A DNA stretch of 64,000 nucleotides from a virus. The position numbers and the translations under genes were made by a program. The stretch lies in IMG/VR virus record IMGVR_UViG_3300044970_001685. The stretch is one strand, 5' to 3'. The notes under the pieces are model-generated. The model was not told the DNA's origin. It worked only from the letters and a program-made list of their open reading frames with translations, and searched no databases. Below, one piece after another: positions 31,499 to 40,981 of the stretch; the first letter of the stretch is position 1, and each line of letters opens with the position of its first letter.

Positions 31499-32161
31499 AT
31501 GTCGCAGTTAAATGTTGATACTATAAAAAATAAAGCAGGTACTGGCGGACCTACTTTACAAGCATTGACAGTAACAACTGATGCAACGGTTACTGGTGTT
31601 GTAACTGCTTCTAGTTTTGTTGGACCAGTAACTGGAAATGTAACTGGAAATATTAACTCTTCAGGTGTTTCTACGCTAACAACTCTAAACGGAACATCAG
31701 GTCTTGTAAGTCTTGGATCAACAATCAAGACCAAAGGATTTGTAGAAACTCAAACTTCTGCAACGACGACATCAAATGTTCTTTCCCTCGATGCATCAAA
31801 CGGGACAGTATTTACTCATACGACAACTTCACAGATTGGTATTGTTTCATTCAGAGGTATAAGAACAGAAACAGCAGGAACTCAAACATTCTCAGTTCTT
31901 GTAACACAAGGTGCATCACCAACCAATACAACAGGTGCGACAGGAATTGGAACTCAACTTGCAACTGTTGTAACAACTGGTGGAGTTGGATATAGCACTC
32001 ATATTAAGGTTGGTGCAGGATCTTCAATTGTACTCACAGGAACTGCGGGTGCTCTGGATCTTCTGACCTTCATTGTTTCTTATGATGGAACCACACCTTC
32101 TAACAGTGCATTTAGAGTTGTAGGGTTTGCTGCAACTGATTTCAGAAACGCTATTGTTTGA
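31499..32161 (+). CDS. Short fibre/adaptor with 'socket B' domain
   Basis: MSQLNVDTIKNKAG start; LDASNGTVFTH...IGIVSF. Confidence 0.75.
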   Translation: MSQLNVDTIKNKAGTGGPTLQALTVTTDATVTGVVTASSFVGPVTGNVTGNINSSGVSTLTTLNGTSGLVSLGSTIKTKGFVETQTSATTTSNVLSLDASNGTVFTHTTTSQIGIVSFRGIRTETAGTQTFSVLVTQGASPTNTTGATGIGTQLATVVTTGGVGYSTHIKVGAGSSIVLTGTAGALDLLTFIVSYDGTTPSNSAFRVVGFAATDFRNAIV

Positions 32162-32173
32162 TTGGTATAAGTT

Positions 32174-33097
32174 ATGGCACCGTTAACGACTGGGGCGATT
32201 AAAGCGATTATTCAAGAGATTTCGCAACAAAGAGCAGGAAGAGGGCGTTATGCTTCTGCCGGCGGTGGCAGACAGGCTTTAACAGCAACTGGTGGATCTA
32301 AAACAACATCTGGTTTGTATACTATTCATACATTCACTTCATCTCAAGATTTTGTTGTTAGTTCTGGATTAGATACAATAGAATATTTAGTTATTGCTGG
32401 TGGTGGTGGAGGAGGAGGATATGGTGGGGGATTATTTGGTGGTGGAGGAGGTGCCGGTGGATATAGAACTAATGTTCTAGGACAAACATCTGGAGGAAAT
32501 TCTCCTGCTGAACCAATATCTACCAACATTGCTCCAGGAACATATCCAGTTATAGTTGGTGGTGGAGGAGCATCAGAAACGAGAGGGAGTCAATCTCATT
32601 TTGGTTCGGGAACTTCATTTCCAATACTTACAACTGGTGGGGGGTGTGGTCTTAGAGGTTCTACAAACCCTGAATTTTCTGGTGGTTCTGGTGGTGGTGG
32701 ACTTTGGCCTGGAGGATCTGGAGGACCAGGAACACCAGGACAAGGATTTCCTGGTGGAACAACCGCAACTGGTCCCGGAGATCCAACACTTAATTTTGCG
32801 GGTGGTGGTGGATCCGGTGGAGCAGGAGAAAATGGTTCTTCTGGTATAAGTGGAGTAGGTGGTGCAGGTCTTGATTCAAATATTACCGGTTCAACAGTAA
32901 GAAGAGCAAGTGGTGGTAGTGGTGGAACATACAATCAGAGTTTAGCACAACAAACTCCAGGAGGAGGTGGTAGAGGTGGAAGATATAGCCCTGGTGTATC
33001 GGAAACTAATGGAACTGCAAACACAGGAGGAGGTGGTGGTGGTGGAGTAACCAGTGGAGGTTCTGGATTTGTTGTTATTCGTTATCTTACAACATAA
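32174..33097 (+). CDS. Glycine-rich protein 4
   Basis: MAPL; ATGG..IHTFTSS; YLVIAGGG; GSGFVVIRY. Confidence 0.75.
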   Translation: MAPLTTGAIKAIIQEISQQRAGRGRYASAGGGRQALTATGGSKTTSGLYTIHTFTSSQDFVVSSGLDTIEYLVIAGGGGGGGYGGGLFGGGGGAGGYRTNVLGQTSGGNSPAEPISTNIAPGTYPVIVGGGGASETRGSQSHFGSGTSFPILTTGGGCGLRGSTNPEFSGGSGGGGLWPGGSGGPGTPGQGFPGGTTATGPGDPTLNFAGGGGSGGAGENGSSGISGVGGAGLDSNITGSTVRRASGGSGGTYNQSLAQQTPGGGGRGGRYSPGVSETNGTANTGGGGGGGVTSGGSGFVVIRYLTT

Positions 33098-33114
33098 ATA
33101 TCTAAAAACCTTCA

Positions 33115-33363
33115 ATGTCAAAGGCAAGAGATATATCAAAATTTGGTGATGAGCGTGGAGTTGGATCTCCTATACAAACAGGAGACCCAGGATCAATCTT
33201 TGCATCAGTTAGCACTGCTGCAACAGTCACTTCAAATACGGATCTATCTTCTGGTGGTCCTTTTATTGTCGCACAAGAAAAAGATCTTCACGTTGAGACT
33301 GGTATAAATTTAACTGTTGGAGATGGTAAAACATTAGTAGTCAATTCTTTACAATTACCTTAA
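33115..33363 (+). CDS. Small connector protein
   Basis: MSKARDI start; C-terminal VETGINLTVGDGKTLVV. Confidence 0.7.
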   Translation: MSKARDISKFGDERGVGSPIQTGDPGSIFASVSTAATVTSNTDLSSGGPFIVAQEKDLHVETGINLTVGDGKTLVVNSLQLP

Positions 33364-33393
33364 CTCTATAAATACCTAAAAAGATAAAGTGCA

Positions 33394-34023
33394 ATGTCCA
33401 ATATAAATGTTGACACTATTAAGAATAGATCTGGGGCAGGAGCACCCAGTTTTCCTAATGGTTTAACCGTAACTGGTGTTGCGACTGCGACGACTTTTAG
33501 TGGTAATCTTACAGGAAATGCAACTGGACTCACTGGTTCTCCAAGCATTTCAGTTTCTGGTGTCAACAATACTGGTATTTCAACTTTAACTGACACAAGA
33601 CTTTCATCTATTGCAGATAAAACAACTCTTGTATCTGGTAACTCTGTAAGTCTTGTTTATAATACTGGTGGTGGTAATGTTGCGATCTGTACAAATCCAA
33701 CAGGACCCATCACACTGAATGTAACTGGTATTCCAACTGATAGTTCTTTTGATAATCGTGCAATCTCATTTGCAGTAATCGTTCAGCAAGGTGCAACTGC
33801 TTATGGTTGTACGAGCGTTACATTAAACGGTGTTGCGTTTGGTGCAAATGCTGCTGCTGGTGTTCAGACTGCAATCTCTTATGTGTCTGGAACAGTCGCA
33901 ACTGGAAGCACCACTGGTTATGATGTCTTTAACTTTACTGGCATTAATACAGTTGGTTCTGCGGCATCAACACTTAACTACAAACTACTCTCAAACGTAA
34001 GCGGCGGATATAGAAGGTACTGA
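33394..34023 (+). CDS. Short fibre/adaptor with 'socket A' domain
   Basis: MSNINVDTIKNRSGAGAPSFPNG; VAICTNP...FTGINTVGSA; TATAAATA at 33367. Confidence 0.75.
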   Translation: MSNINVDTIKNRSGAGAPSFPNGLTVTGVATATTFSGNLTGNATGLTGSPSISVSGVNNTGISTLTDTRLSSIADKTTLVSGNSVSLVYNTGGGNVAICTNPTGPITLNVTGIPTDSSFDNRAISFAVIVQQGATAYGCTSVTLNGVAFGANAAAGVQTAISYVSGTVATGSTTGYDVFNFTGINTVGSAASTLNYKLLSNVSGGYRRY

Positions 34024-34026
34024 TTT

Positions 34027-35955
34027 ATGGCTCCTATTGTTACTTCTCTGGCATCGATTGTAAAACAGTTTGGTATTGGCGCTGTCCTTGCTGCTCCTTC
34101 TGGTGGTGGAACAACTGGTTATGCTGGTGCAAGTGGAGGTGTTATTAGTGATTATCCAGGACCAGGATCTGGTGGACCATATTATAGAGCACACATCTTT
34201 ACTTCATCGGGAACTTTTACGGTTACTGATCCTACGATTGACTTTGTTGACTATCTTGTAGTTGGTGGTGGAGGAGGAGGTGGTGGATCTTATGGTGGAG
34301 GAGGAGGTGCTGGTGCATTTAGAACTGCAACAGCATTTCCCGTATCATCTTCTCCTGGATCTTATACAGTCACTATTGGCGCTGGTGGTCTTGGTGGATT
34401 CCCTGGTGGTGGATCTCCATATTACCCACCTTCTCCTGGTGTGTATGTATATCCAAGTGGAACATATGCAACAGGAGGTCCAGGTGGACAATCAGTTTTT
34501 GGTCCTATTACCAGTGCTGGTGGCGGTGGAGGTGGAGCTCGTGCAACTGCTGGTGGACCTTCGCCAGGACCAACAGGAGGTTCTGGGGGTGGAGCAGGAG
34601 ATGGATATCCAACTGGTTCATTATCGGGAGGTTCAGGTGGAACTTATGGAAATCCTGGTGGAACTGGTAAAGTTGGTGCTGGTCCAACATATGGAGGTGG
34701 TGGCGGAGGTGGTTCTGGTGGTGCTGGAAGTCCAGAAGGTTCTGGAAGAACTGGTGGTTCGGGAACCGCAAATGTTTATGCGTATGGACCAACAAATCCA
34801 GTAACTTATGCTGGCGGTGGTGGGGGCGGTGCTTTTAGTGGTGCTAGTCCAGCTGCTGGTGGACCTGGTGGTGGAGGTTCTGGTGGTGGTACTGCTAATG
34901 CAACTGCTGGAACATATTCTCTTGGTGCCGGCGGCGGTGGTGGACCTGACACAAATAATACTGCTGGTGCAAATGGTGGTTCAGGTATTGTAGTCGTTCG
35001 TTATGCACTTCCTGCATCTACTGGAACCGCAAAGGCAACTGGTGGTTCTATCAGTTATTATGGTGGTCAAACGATTCATACCTTTACGAGTTCTGGTACT
35101 TTCCAAACAACATCAGCAATTCCAACAGCAGAAGTATTCATAGTCGCAGGTGGTGGTTCCGGTGGTCCTGGTTCTAATCCAACCAATTATGCATCAGGTG
35201 GTGGAGGTGGTGCTGGTGGTGTTGTTTATCATCCAGGTCTTTCTTTCCCATCACCATCAACTTATACGATTACTGTTGGTGCAGGTGGTCAAGCACCAAG
35301 AGGAAGTTCCCCTACCAATAGAGGAACTGATGGTAATGATACAACAGTAACTCACCCATCAGGTCCTTATGTAGCATATGGTGGTGGTGCTGGCGGTGCT
35401 GGATATCCGGGTGTTGGGTCAAATACTGGTGGTTCATCGGGTGGTGCTGGTAATAGTGGAACTGCTGCTCCGGCAGCACAACCAGCAACGAACTCCGGCG
35501 CAACGGAATATGGAAATCCTGGTGGTTCTGCCTCAGGTCCCGGATCACCAGCATATGGTTCTGGTGGAGGTGGTGGTGCTGGCGGTGTCGGTGGAACTGG
35601 TACTCCCAGCATCGGTGGACACGGTGGCATAGGATTACAAGTACCTTCATCTTTTAGAGATCCCAATTCATCAGTTGGTTCTTCTGGTCCAGGTGGAGGC
35701 GGATATTGGTTTGCTGGTGGAGGCGGTGGTGGAATTTATAATGGAACATCAACTGCTAAAGGTGGAGGTCCTGGTGGTCCTTATGCTGGTGCTGGAGATG
35801 GTGGTGGTGGTGGAAGTCCTTCGGGTGGTAATGGATCTAATGCCTTAGAAAATACTGGATCTGGCGGTGGTGGAGCAAGTGAAACAGCAACTCCAGGAAC
35901 TTTTTCTGGTGGCAATGGTGGTTCAGGAATCGTTATGATCGCCTACCCAACATAA
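34027..35955 (+). CDS. Glycine/proline-rich protein 5 (two tandem Gly-rich domains)
   Basis: Two HxFTSSGTF...GSGIV units. Confidence 0.78.
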   Translation: MAPIVTSLASIVKQFGIGAVLAAPSGGGTTGYAGASGGVISDYPGPGSGGPYYRAHIFTSSGTFTVTDPTIDFVDYLVVGGGGGGGGSYGGGGGAGAFRTATAFPVSSSPGSYTVTIGAGGLGGFPGGGSPYYPPSPGVYVYPSGTYATGGPGGQSVFGPITSAGGGGGGARATAGGPSPGPTGGSGGGAGDGYPTGSLSGGSGGTYGNPGGTGKVGAGPTYGGGGGGGSGGAGSPEGSGRTGGSGTANVYAYGPTNPVTYAGGGGGGAFSGASPAAGGPGGGGSGGGTANATAGTYSLGAGGGGGPDTNNTAGANGGSGIVVVRYALPASTGTAKATGGSISYYGGQTIHTFTSSGTFQTTSAIPTAEVFIVAGGGSGGPGSNPTNYASGGGGGAGGVVYHPGLSFPSPSTYTITVGAGGQAPRGSSPTNRGTDGNDTTVTHPSGPYVAYGGGAGGAGYPGVGSNTGGSSGGAGNSGTAAPAAQPATNSGATEYGNPGGSASGPGSPAYGSGGGGGAGGVGGTGTPSIGGHGGIGLQVPSSFRDPNSSVGSSGPGGGGYWFAGGGGGGIYNGTSTAKGGGPGGPYAGAGDGGGGGSPSGGNGSNALENTGSGGGGASETATPGTFSGGNGGSGIVMIAYPT

Positions 35956-35972
35956 ATACCTAAAAACCTAAA

Positions 35973-36689
35973 ATGGCATTCACAAAGATACTTGGACCTG
36001 GTATTGCATCGGACACCAACGTACAGATAGGTATCTTAACTGCTACAAATGGAATAAAAGGTATTGGTATTTACTCTGGTGGATATGCCATACACAGTGG
36101 TATTATAACGGCATTAAATTTCATTGGTGTCGGAAACACTTTTATCGTTCATGATAATCGAATTGATATTAGTATTTCTGGTTCTGGCGGAGGCGTTGGA
36201 TTAGGAACACCTCTTAGTGAAGATACTGATAATCCATTAAATAAAATTTATTATACTGATTCTATTTTAAGTATTGGACAAACAGTTACCATTGATGTTC
36301 CTAATTCTACACAAGTTGCTTATACACAGTATGTTGATCTTGCAATTGAAGAAGGTGCTGATTTAATTATTGCTGATGGTGATGAATTTGTTGCTGATAT
36401 TTTAGGTCTTTCTACGGAAGGAATGCAATCAATCTCTGGTGTTGGTGGAAGAGTTCGTGCTGATACTTTTACAAACAAAGCAGGAACTGGTGCTCCAACA
36501 TTTCCAAGTGGAGTTCAAGTCGTTGGTGTTGCTACCGCAACAAGTTTTAGTGGCGATGGATCTCAACTGACAGGACTTTCTAGAACTTTAACCATTGGAG
36601 TGAGAACTGGTACAGCAGTAACATTTAATATCACAGGTTCATCTTTTAATGTAAATGGAAGAAGTGGTAATATTTCAATTGGTATCTAA
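35973..36689 (+). CDS. Multi-connector fibre segment
   Basis: Internal ..GADLIIADG.. followed by RVRADTFTNKAGTGAPTFPSG; C-terminal TIGVR motif. Confidence 0.7.
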   Translation: MAFTKILGPGIASDTNVQIGILTATNGIKGIGIYSGGYAIHSGIITALNFIGVGNTFIVHDNRIDISISGSGGGVGLGTPLSEDTDNPLNKIYYTDSILSIGQTVTIDVPNSTQVAYTQYVDLAIEEGADLIIADGDEFVADILGLSTEGMQSISGVGGRVRADTFTNKAGTGAPTFPSGVQVVGVATATSFSGDGSQLTGLSRTLTIGVRTGTAVTFNITGSSFNVNGRSGNISIGI

Positions 36690-36719
36690 AACATAAATAT
36701 TTAAAACTAATTTATTAAA

Positions 36720-37556
36720 ATGGCCAATAGATTTCCGTTAGTTGCCAATCCAAGTTCTAATCAAATACAGGAAATTCCTGCACTTGATAACTTAGATTTG
36801 GCAAGCTGTGGTATTGTTAATGTTGGTGATATTCAATCTGTTGGAAATTTAACTGTATCTGGAAACTTAACCGTCAATGGAACCACAACGACCATTGATA
36901 CTGTAAATCTTACAATCGAAGATAAGAATATTGGTATTGGAACAACGACTTCACCATCAAACTCTACGGCAGATGGTGGTGGTATTACGATCTTCGGTGG
37001 TTCTGATGGAGATAAGACGTTAACTTGGGAAAGAGGAAGTAGTTCCTTTGTTTATTCCGATCCGAATAAGTTTAAGGGAGTTATTGAAACTGTTTCTGCC
37101 GCAACGACTTATAACAGTGGAAACAATCTAGTTCTTGAACTGGATGTAAGAAACGCAACGACTTATACTTATACAATTCCAACGGGTGCAAACATTGGTA
37201 TTGTGTCGTTTAAGAATATGCCTGCCTTTACTGGTAATGCAAACGGTACAACGATTACTTGCATCTTTACTCAGATGTCCACAACTCCTGCTGGAACAGG
37301 AAACACAACTGGAACAACTGGTATTGGAACTAACTGCACTGTGATTGGGTATGAAAACGGAGCAGCAGTTACAGGTATTTCAACCAGAGCATTAGTTGGT
37401 TCCGCAACGACTGTCACTCTATCTTCAACCGTAAATGATAGAGATTTTGTTTCGTTCTTTGTACATTATACTGGTGGTTCTAATACCAATGCAACAAGTT
37501 ATCAGATTTATGCAACCAAGAACGGCGGATTTAGACAAGGTAACGTAGGAGTTTGA
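36720..37556 (+). CDS. Short fibre/adaptor with 'socket B' domain
   Basis: MANRFPL..QEI..DNLDL; near-identical segment to 17619 gene. Confidence 0.75.
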   Translation: MANRFPLVANPSSNQIQEIPALDNLDLASCGIVNVGDIQSVGNLTVSGNLTVNGTTTTIDTVNLTIEDKNIGIGTTTSPSNSTADGGGITIFGGSDGDKTLTWERGSSSFVYSDPNKFKGVIETVSAATTYNSGNNLVLELDVRNATTYTYTIPTGANIGIVSFKNMPAFTGNANGTTITCIFTQMSTTPAGTGNTTGTTGIGTNCTVIGYENGAAVTGISTRALVGSATTVTLSSTVNDRDFVSFFVHYTGGSNTNATSYQIYATKNGGFRQGNVGV

Positions 37557-37560
37557 TATT

Positions 37561-38277
37561 ATGGCACCAATTTTTACTGGCGGTAGAATGGGTTTTGGTA
37601 GAGTTGATGCTCCTACTGGTACTGCTGCTGTTCCATTTTCCGCTACTGGTGGAAGTAAATCAAATCCAGGTGATGGATATGTATATCATGTATTTGACAG
37701 CTCAAGTAGTTTCTTAGTTCAATCTGGAAGTAGTCAAATTGAAGTTCTTCTTCAAGGTGGCGGTGGCGGTGGTCAGTCCATAGGTGGATCTGGAAGTAAC
37801 TCACCGGGAGGCGCAGGTGGTGGTGGAGGTGCCACCGGTGTTTGGTCTGTATCTTTAACTCCTGGAACATATCCAGTTTCTGTTGCTGGTGCAGGTGATG
37901 GCAGTCAACTCACAAATGTAAATAGTACTTTCATATCTGCTGGTGGTCCTGGTGGAAGTAATTCTACTCCTTGGCCTGGGGCATCTCTTACGGAAAATTA
38001 TCCAGGACCAGCTGCCCCAGGTCGACCAGGTAGTTTTAGTGGAACTCCGGGAAACCCGGCGGGAGGAGTTCCACAACCAGGATCTCTTTGGTGGAGACCA
38101 TATATATCGCCAGGATTTGGTGGGAATGGTGGTAATCATGGTCAACCAGATTCAGCAACTCCTGGACAACCCTATGGCGGTGGAGGAGGTGGAGGTGCTG
38201 GTTCATTTGATGGTGGACCAGGTGGAACAGGAAAACCAGGCGCACCAGGAAGAGTTGTAATTAGATATCAAATATAG
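37561..38277 (+). CDS. Glycine/proline-rich protein 6
   Basis: MAPIFTGGRMGFG; ATGG..YHVF; GRVVIRYQI. Confidence 0.75.
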   Translation: MAPIFTGGRMGFGRVDAPTGTAAVPFSATGGSKSNPGDGYVYHVFDSSSSFLVQSGSSQIEVLLQGGGGGGQSIGGSGSNSPGGAGGGGGATGVWSVSLTPGTYPVSVAGAGDGSQLTNVNSTFISAGGPGGSNSTPWPGASLTENYPGPAAPGRPGSFSGTPGNPAGGVPQPGSLWWRPYISPGFGGNGGNHGQPDSATPGQPYGGGGGGGAGSFDGGPGGTGKPGAPGRVVIRYQI

Positions 38278-38304
38278 TATAATTAGATTACTTAAATTTT
38301 TATT

Positions 38305-38871
38305 ATGAATTTTATAGAAAAATATGATAATATACTTACAAAAGATGAATGCGAGTATTTAATTAATCTTTTTGAATCTTGTCCATTTCATGTTGAAGGA
38401 CGTGCAGGAGGAGAAGTTAATTATGAAAAGAAAAAAGGAATAGGTATTGATTTATTCTTTAAGACTGATGGGGAAAATATTGTCACTGAAGGTAATCAAA
38501 GAATAAATGAAATTATTTTACCATCAGTGATTGAATGTTTGAAGGAATATAAAAAAAAATACCCATTAATAGATAAAGTTTCCTCCTGGAACGTTGATAA
38601 TTATTATCACATTCAAAGATTTAAAGAGAATGAGGGATATTATATAATTCATTGTGAACAGGAGGGTATTACATCAAAAAGAATGTTAGTATGGATGATT
38701 TATCTTAATGATGCAAAAAGCGGAACTAGGTTTTATCATCAAAAACTAGATATGAAAGCAAAAGTAGGAAGAATAGTGATTTGGCCTGCTGCATGGACTC
38801 ATATGCATTCTGGTATTATCCCCAATAAAGGAACTAAGTATATTGCAACTGGTTGGTTTTCTTATGATTAA
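38305..38871 (+). CDS. 2OG-Fe(II) oxygenase (prolyl hydroxylase-like)
   Basis: HCE...R.LVWMIYLND...GT.F...WPA.WTH.H.G...KYIATGW. Confidence 0.88.
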   Translation: MNFIEKYDNILTKDECEYLINLFESCPFHVEGRAGGEVNYEKKKGIGIDLFFKTDGENIVTEGNQRINEIILPSVIECLKEYKKKYPLIDKVSSWNVDNYYHIQRFKENEGYYIIHCEQEGITSKRMLVWMIYLNDAKSGTRFYHQKLDMKAKVGRIVIWPAAWTHMHSGIIPNKGTKYIATGWFSYD

Positions 38872-39472
38872 AGTAATTGATAATTTTTTACCTGATCCAT
38901 ATTTTGTAAGAAAGGAAGCTTTCAAGAGTAAAATAAAAGATAATTATCTTACGCATCCAGGCACAAGAAAAATCATTCCAACAAAAATTGAAAATTTGGT
39001 ACTAAATCTTTTAAAAAAAGAGTTAAATGAAGATATTAGAGTTGCTGAGTGTGGATTTGATTTTATTGATGAGAAATATGTTACTGGTATTCCGCATTCA
39101 GATTCTGGAAAAAATGGATATGATGGATTTAAATATTCTGCTGTAATATATCTAAACGAAAACCCACCAGAAAAAACAGGTATAGAAATATATGATTATG
39201 CAAAAAATAACAGACATTTATATTTTCATACGCAAAATGCCACAGATTTAAAAGAAGGATTTTTTGCATCCAAAAAAAGTTTTGTGGATAAATTTATCTG
39301 GAAAAATTTGATAGTAAAGAGATGTACAAAGGGTCTTAAGAATAAAATAGAAATATCAAATAAATTTAATAGAATGGTGGTTTTTGATTCTGATAGAATA
39401 CATAGACCTCAAAATTATTTTGGAACTAATAAAGAAAACTGCAGATTGTCCATGATATTTTTTTTAAAATGA
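38864..39472 (+). CDS. 2OG-Fe(II) oxygenase-like protein (DUF6445-like)
   Basis: IDNFLPDP..VR; PHSD; VIYLN; FNR.V.FD...H...FG...RL. Confidence 0.8.
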   Translation: MIKVIDNFLPDPYFVRKEAFKSKIKDNYLTHPGTRKIIPTKIENLVLNLLKKELNEDIRVAECGFDFIDEKYVTGIPHSDSGKNGYDGFKYSAVIYLNENPPEKTGIEIYDYAKNNRHLYFHTQNATDLKEGFFASKKSFVDKFIWKNLIVKRCTKGLKNKIEISNKFNRMVVFDSDRIHRPQNYFGTNKENCRLSMIFFLK

Positions 39473-39963
39473 ATTTTCCAATAAAATCAAAGTTGTATAT
39501 TAATCCTATTTACAAATATTTTCTGTTTCAATATATTAAAAATAACTTGTACTCTCATATAAGTTGTATGGGAGATTCATACTCAACTTTTGAATATGAA
39601 AGATATTTGCATAGAAAAAAATTATTTAAAAAATTATCAAATTCAATTCAAAATAAAGTTGAAACACTTCTGGAATGTGAAGGATACATGCACAGCATGT
39701 GGTTTAATGTAAATAGAATAGGATCAAAAACTACATTACATCACCATAATGATCAAAAGTCAGACAATAAATTTTCTGGAGTATACTATTTTTCAAAACC
39801 AAAAAATTCTGGCAATTTTATTTTTTACGATCCTCAGTTGACAACATTAGAAGTAAAAACTAATGACATCATAATATTTAATGCAAGTTTGTTGCATGAA
39901 ACCGAAGTTAATGATTCAAATAATGATAGGATAGTTTGTGGATTTAATTTTATGAAATTCTAG
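39469..39963 (+). CDS. Putative 2OG-Fe(II) oxygenase (HxH type)
   Basis: WFN...HHH...SGVYY...SG.F...LLH....N.S..DRI...FN. Confidence 0.82.
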   Translation: MNFPIKSKLYINPIYKYFLFQYIKNNLYSHISCMGDSYSTFEYERYLHRKKLFKKLSNSIQNKVETLLECEGYMHSMWFNVNRIGSKTTLHHHNDQKSDNKFSGVYYFSKPKNSGNFIFYDPQLTTLEVKTNDIIIFNASLLHETEVNDSNNDRIVCGFNFMKF

Positions 39964-40009
39964 ACTTACAGACATTTCTCAAAAACTCATATATAATATC
40001 ACTGAATGC

Positions 40010-40096
40010 ATTTTTGATAGTAATAATTTTCACGATAGCAGTTCACCATTTCAACAAGATTTTAGATGTGTAATCAATATAGTTTCAAAATTTTAA
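40010..40096 (+). pseudogene. C-terminal remnant of a 2OG-Fe(II) oxygenase
   Basis: Start-less frame reads IFDSNNFHDSSSPFQQDFRCVINIVSKF*. Confidence 0.6.
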
Positions 40097-40145
40097 TTTA
40101 TTTTTGTGAATAAATACTTTTAATATTGGACAGTCTTATAATCTA

Positions 40146-40979
40146 ATGTCAAGAATTAGAGCAGACAAAATAGTTAATCGTGCGGGAACCGGTGCTCCAC
40201 AACTAACCTATGGCGCTGAAATTCCTTCTGGGCAAGAATTAACTGGTGCTGGTAATATTAATATTGCAGGCATAGCGACGGCTGTTAGTTTTAGTGGTAA
40301 TTTAGTTGGTAATGTAACAGGTATTGCAACAACTGCTTATGGACTAACTGGAAGTCCTAATATTACAGTTGGTTCTATCACAGCTTCTAGTGCATCGATT
40401 AGTGGCAATGTTTCTATTGCTGGAACTTTAACTTATGAAGATGTAACTAATATTGATTCTATTGGTCTTGTTACTGCAAGAACGGGAATAAATGTAACTG
40501 CTGGCGGAGTTAATGTTACTTCTGGTGGTTTAAACATAACTGCTGGAGTTTCTACATTCTCCGGAGCAATGAGAGTTACATCTGGAATGGAAAAAGTTCA
40601 TAGACATTCTGGAAATACTGTCACACTAACATATAATTCTACATCAAGTTCAAATGTTGGGTACGCAATAAATCCAAGTGGAAATATTACAGTCAATGTT
40701 GTAGGTATTCCAACATCAAGTGATTATGATGATCACTCAATTTCTTTTGCTGTGATTGTAAACAATACAGGAACTGCAAGAACTTGCACTGCTGTTAACT
40801 TGAATGGTGTTCCAGAAACGATTCGTTGGGCAGGTGGTTCATTAGAAACAGCACTTTCTGGTGTTACAACAACGACAGGACATACAATCTTTAGTTTCAC
40901 TGGAATTAATACTATTGGTTCTGCATCAACAGCAGCAAATTATCAAGTTCTTGGAGTAGTTAGTGGAGGTTTCTGGTAA
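40146..40979 (+). CDS. Short fibre/adaptor with 'socket A' domain
   Basis: MSRIRADKIVNRAGTGAP start; IPTSSDYDDH.ISF...FTGINTIGSA...SGGFW. Confidence 0.75.
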   Translation: MSRIRADKIVNRAGTGAPQLTYGAEIPSGQELTGAGNINIAGIATAVSFSGNLVGNVTGIATTAYGLTGSPNITVGSITASSASISGNVSIAGTLTYEDVTNIDSIGLVTARTGINVTAGGVNVTSGGLNITAGVSTFSGAMRVTSGMEKVHRHSGNTVTLTYNSTSSSNVGYAINPSGNITVNVVGIPTSSDYDDHSISFAVIVNNTGTARTCTAVNLNGVPETIRWAGGSLETALSGVTTTTGHTIFSFTGINTIGSASTAANYQVLGVVSGGFW

Positions 40980-40981
40980 TT

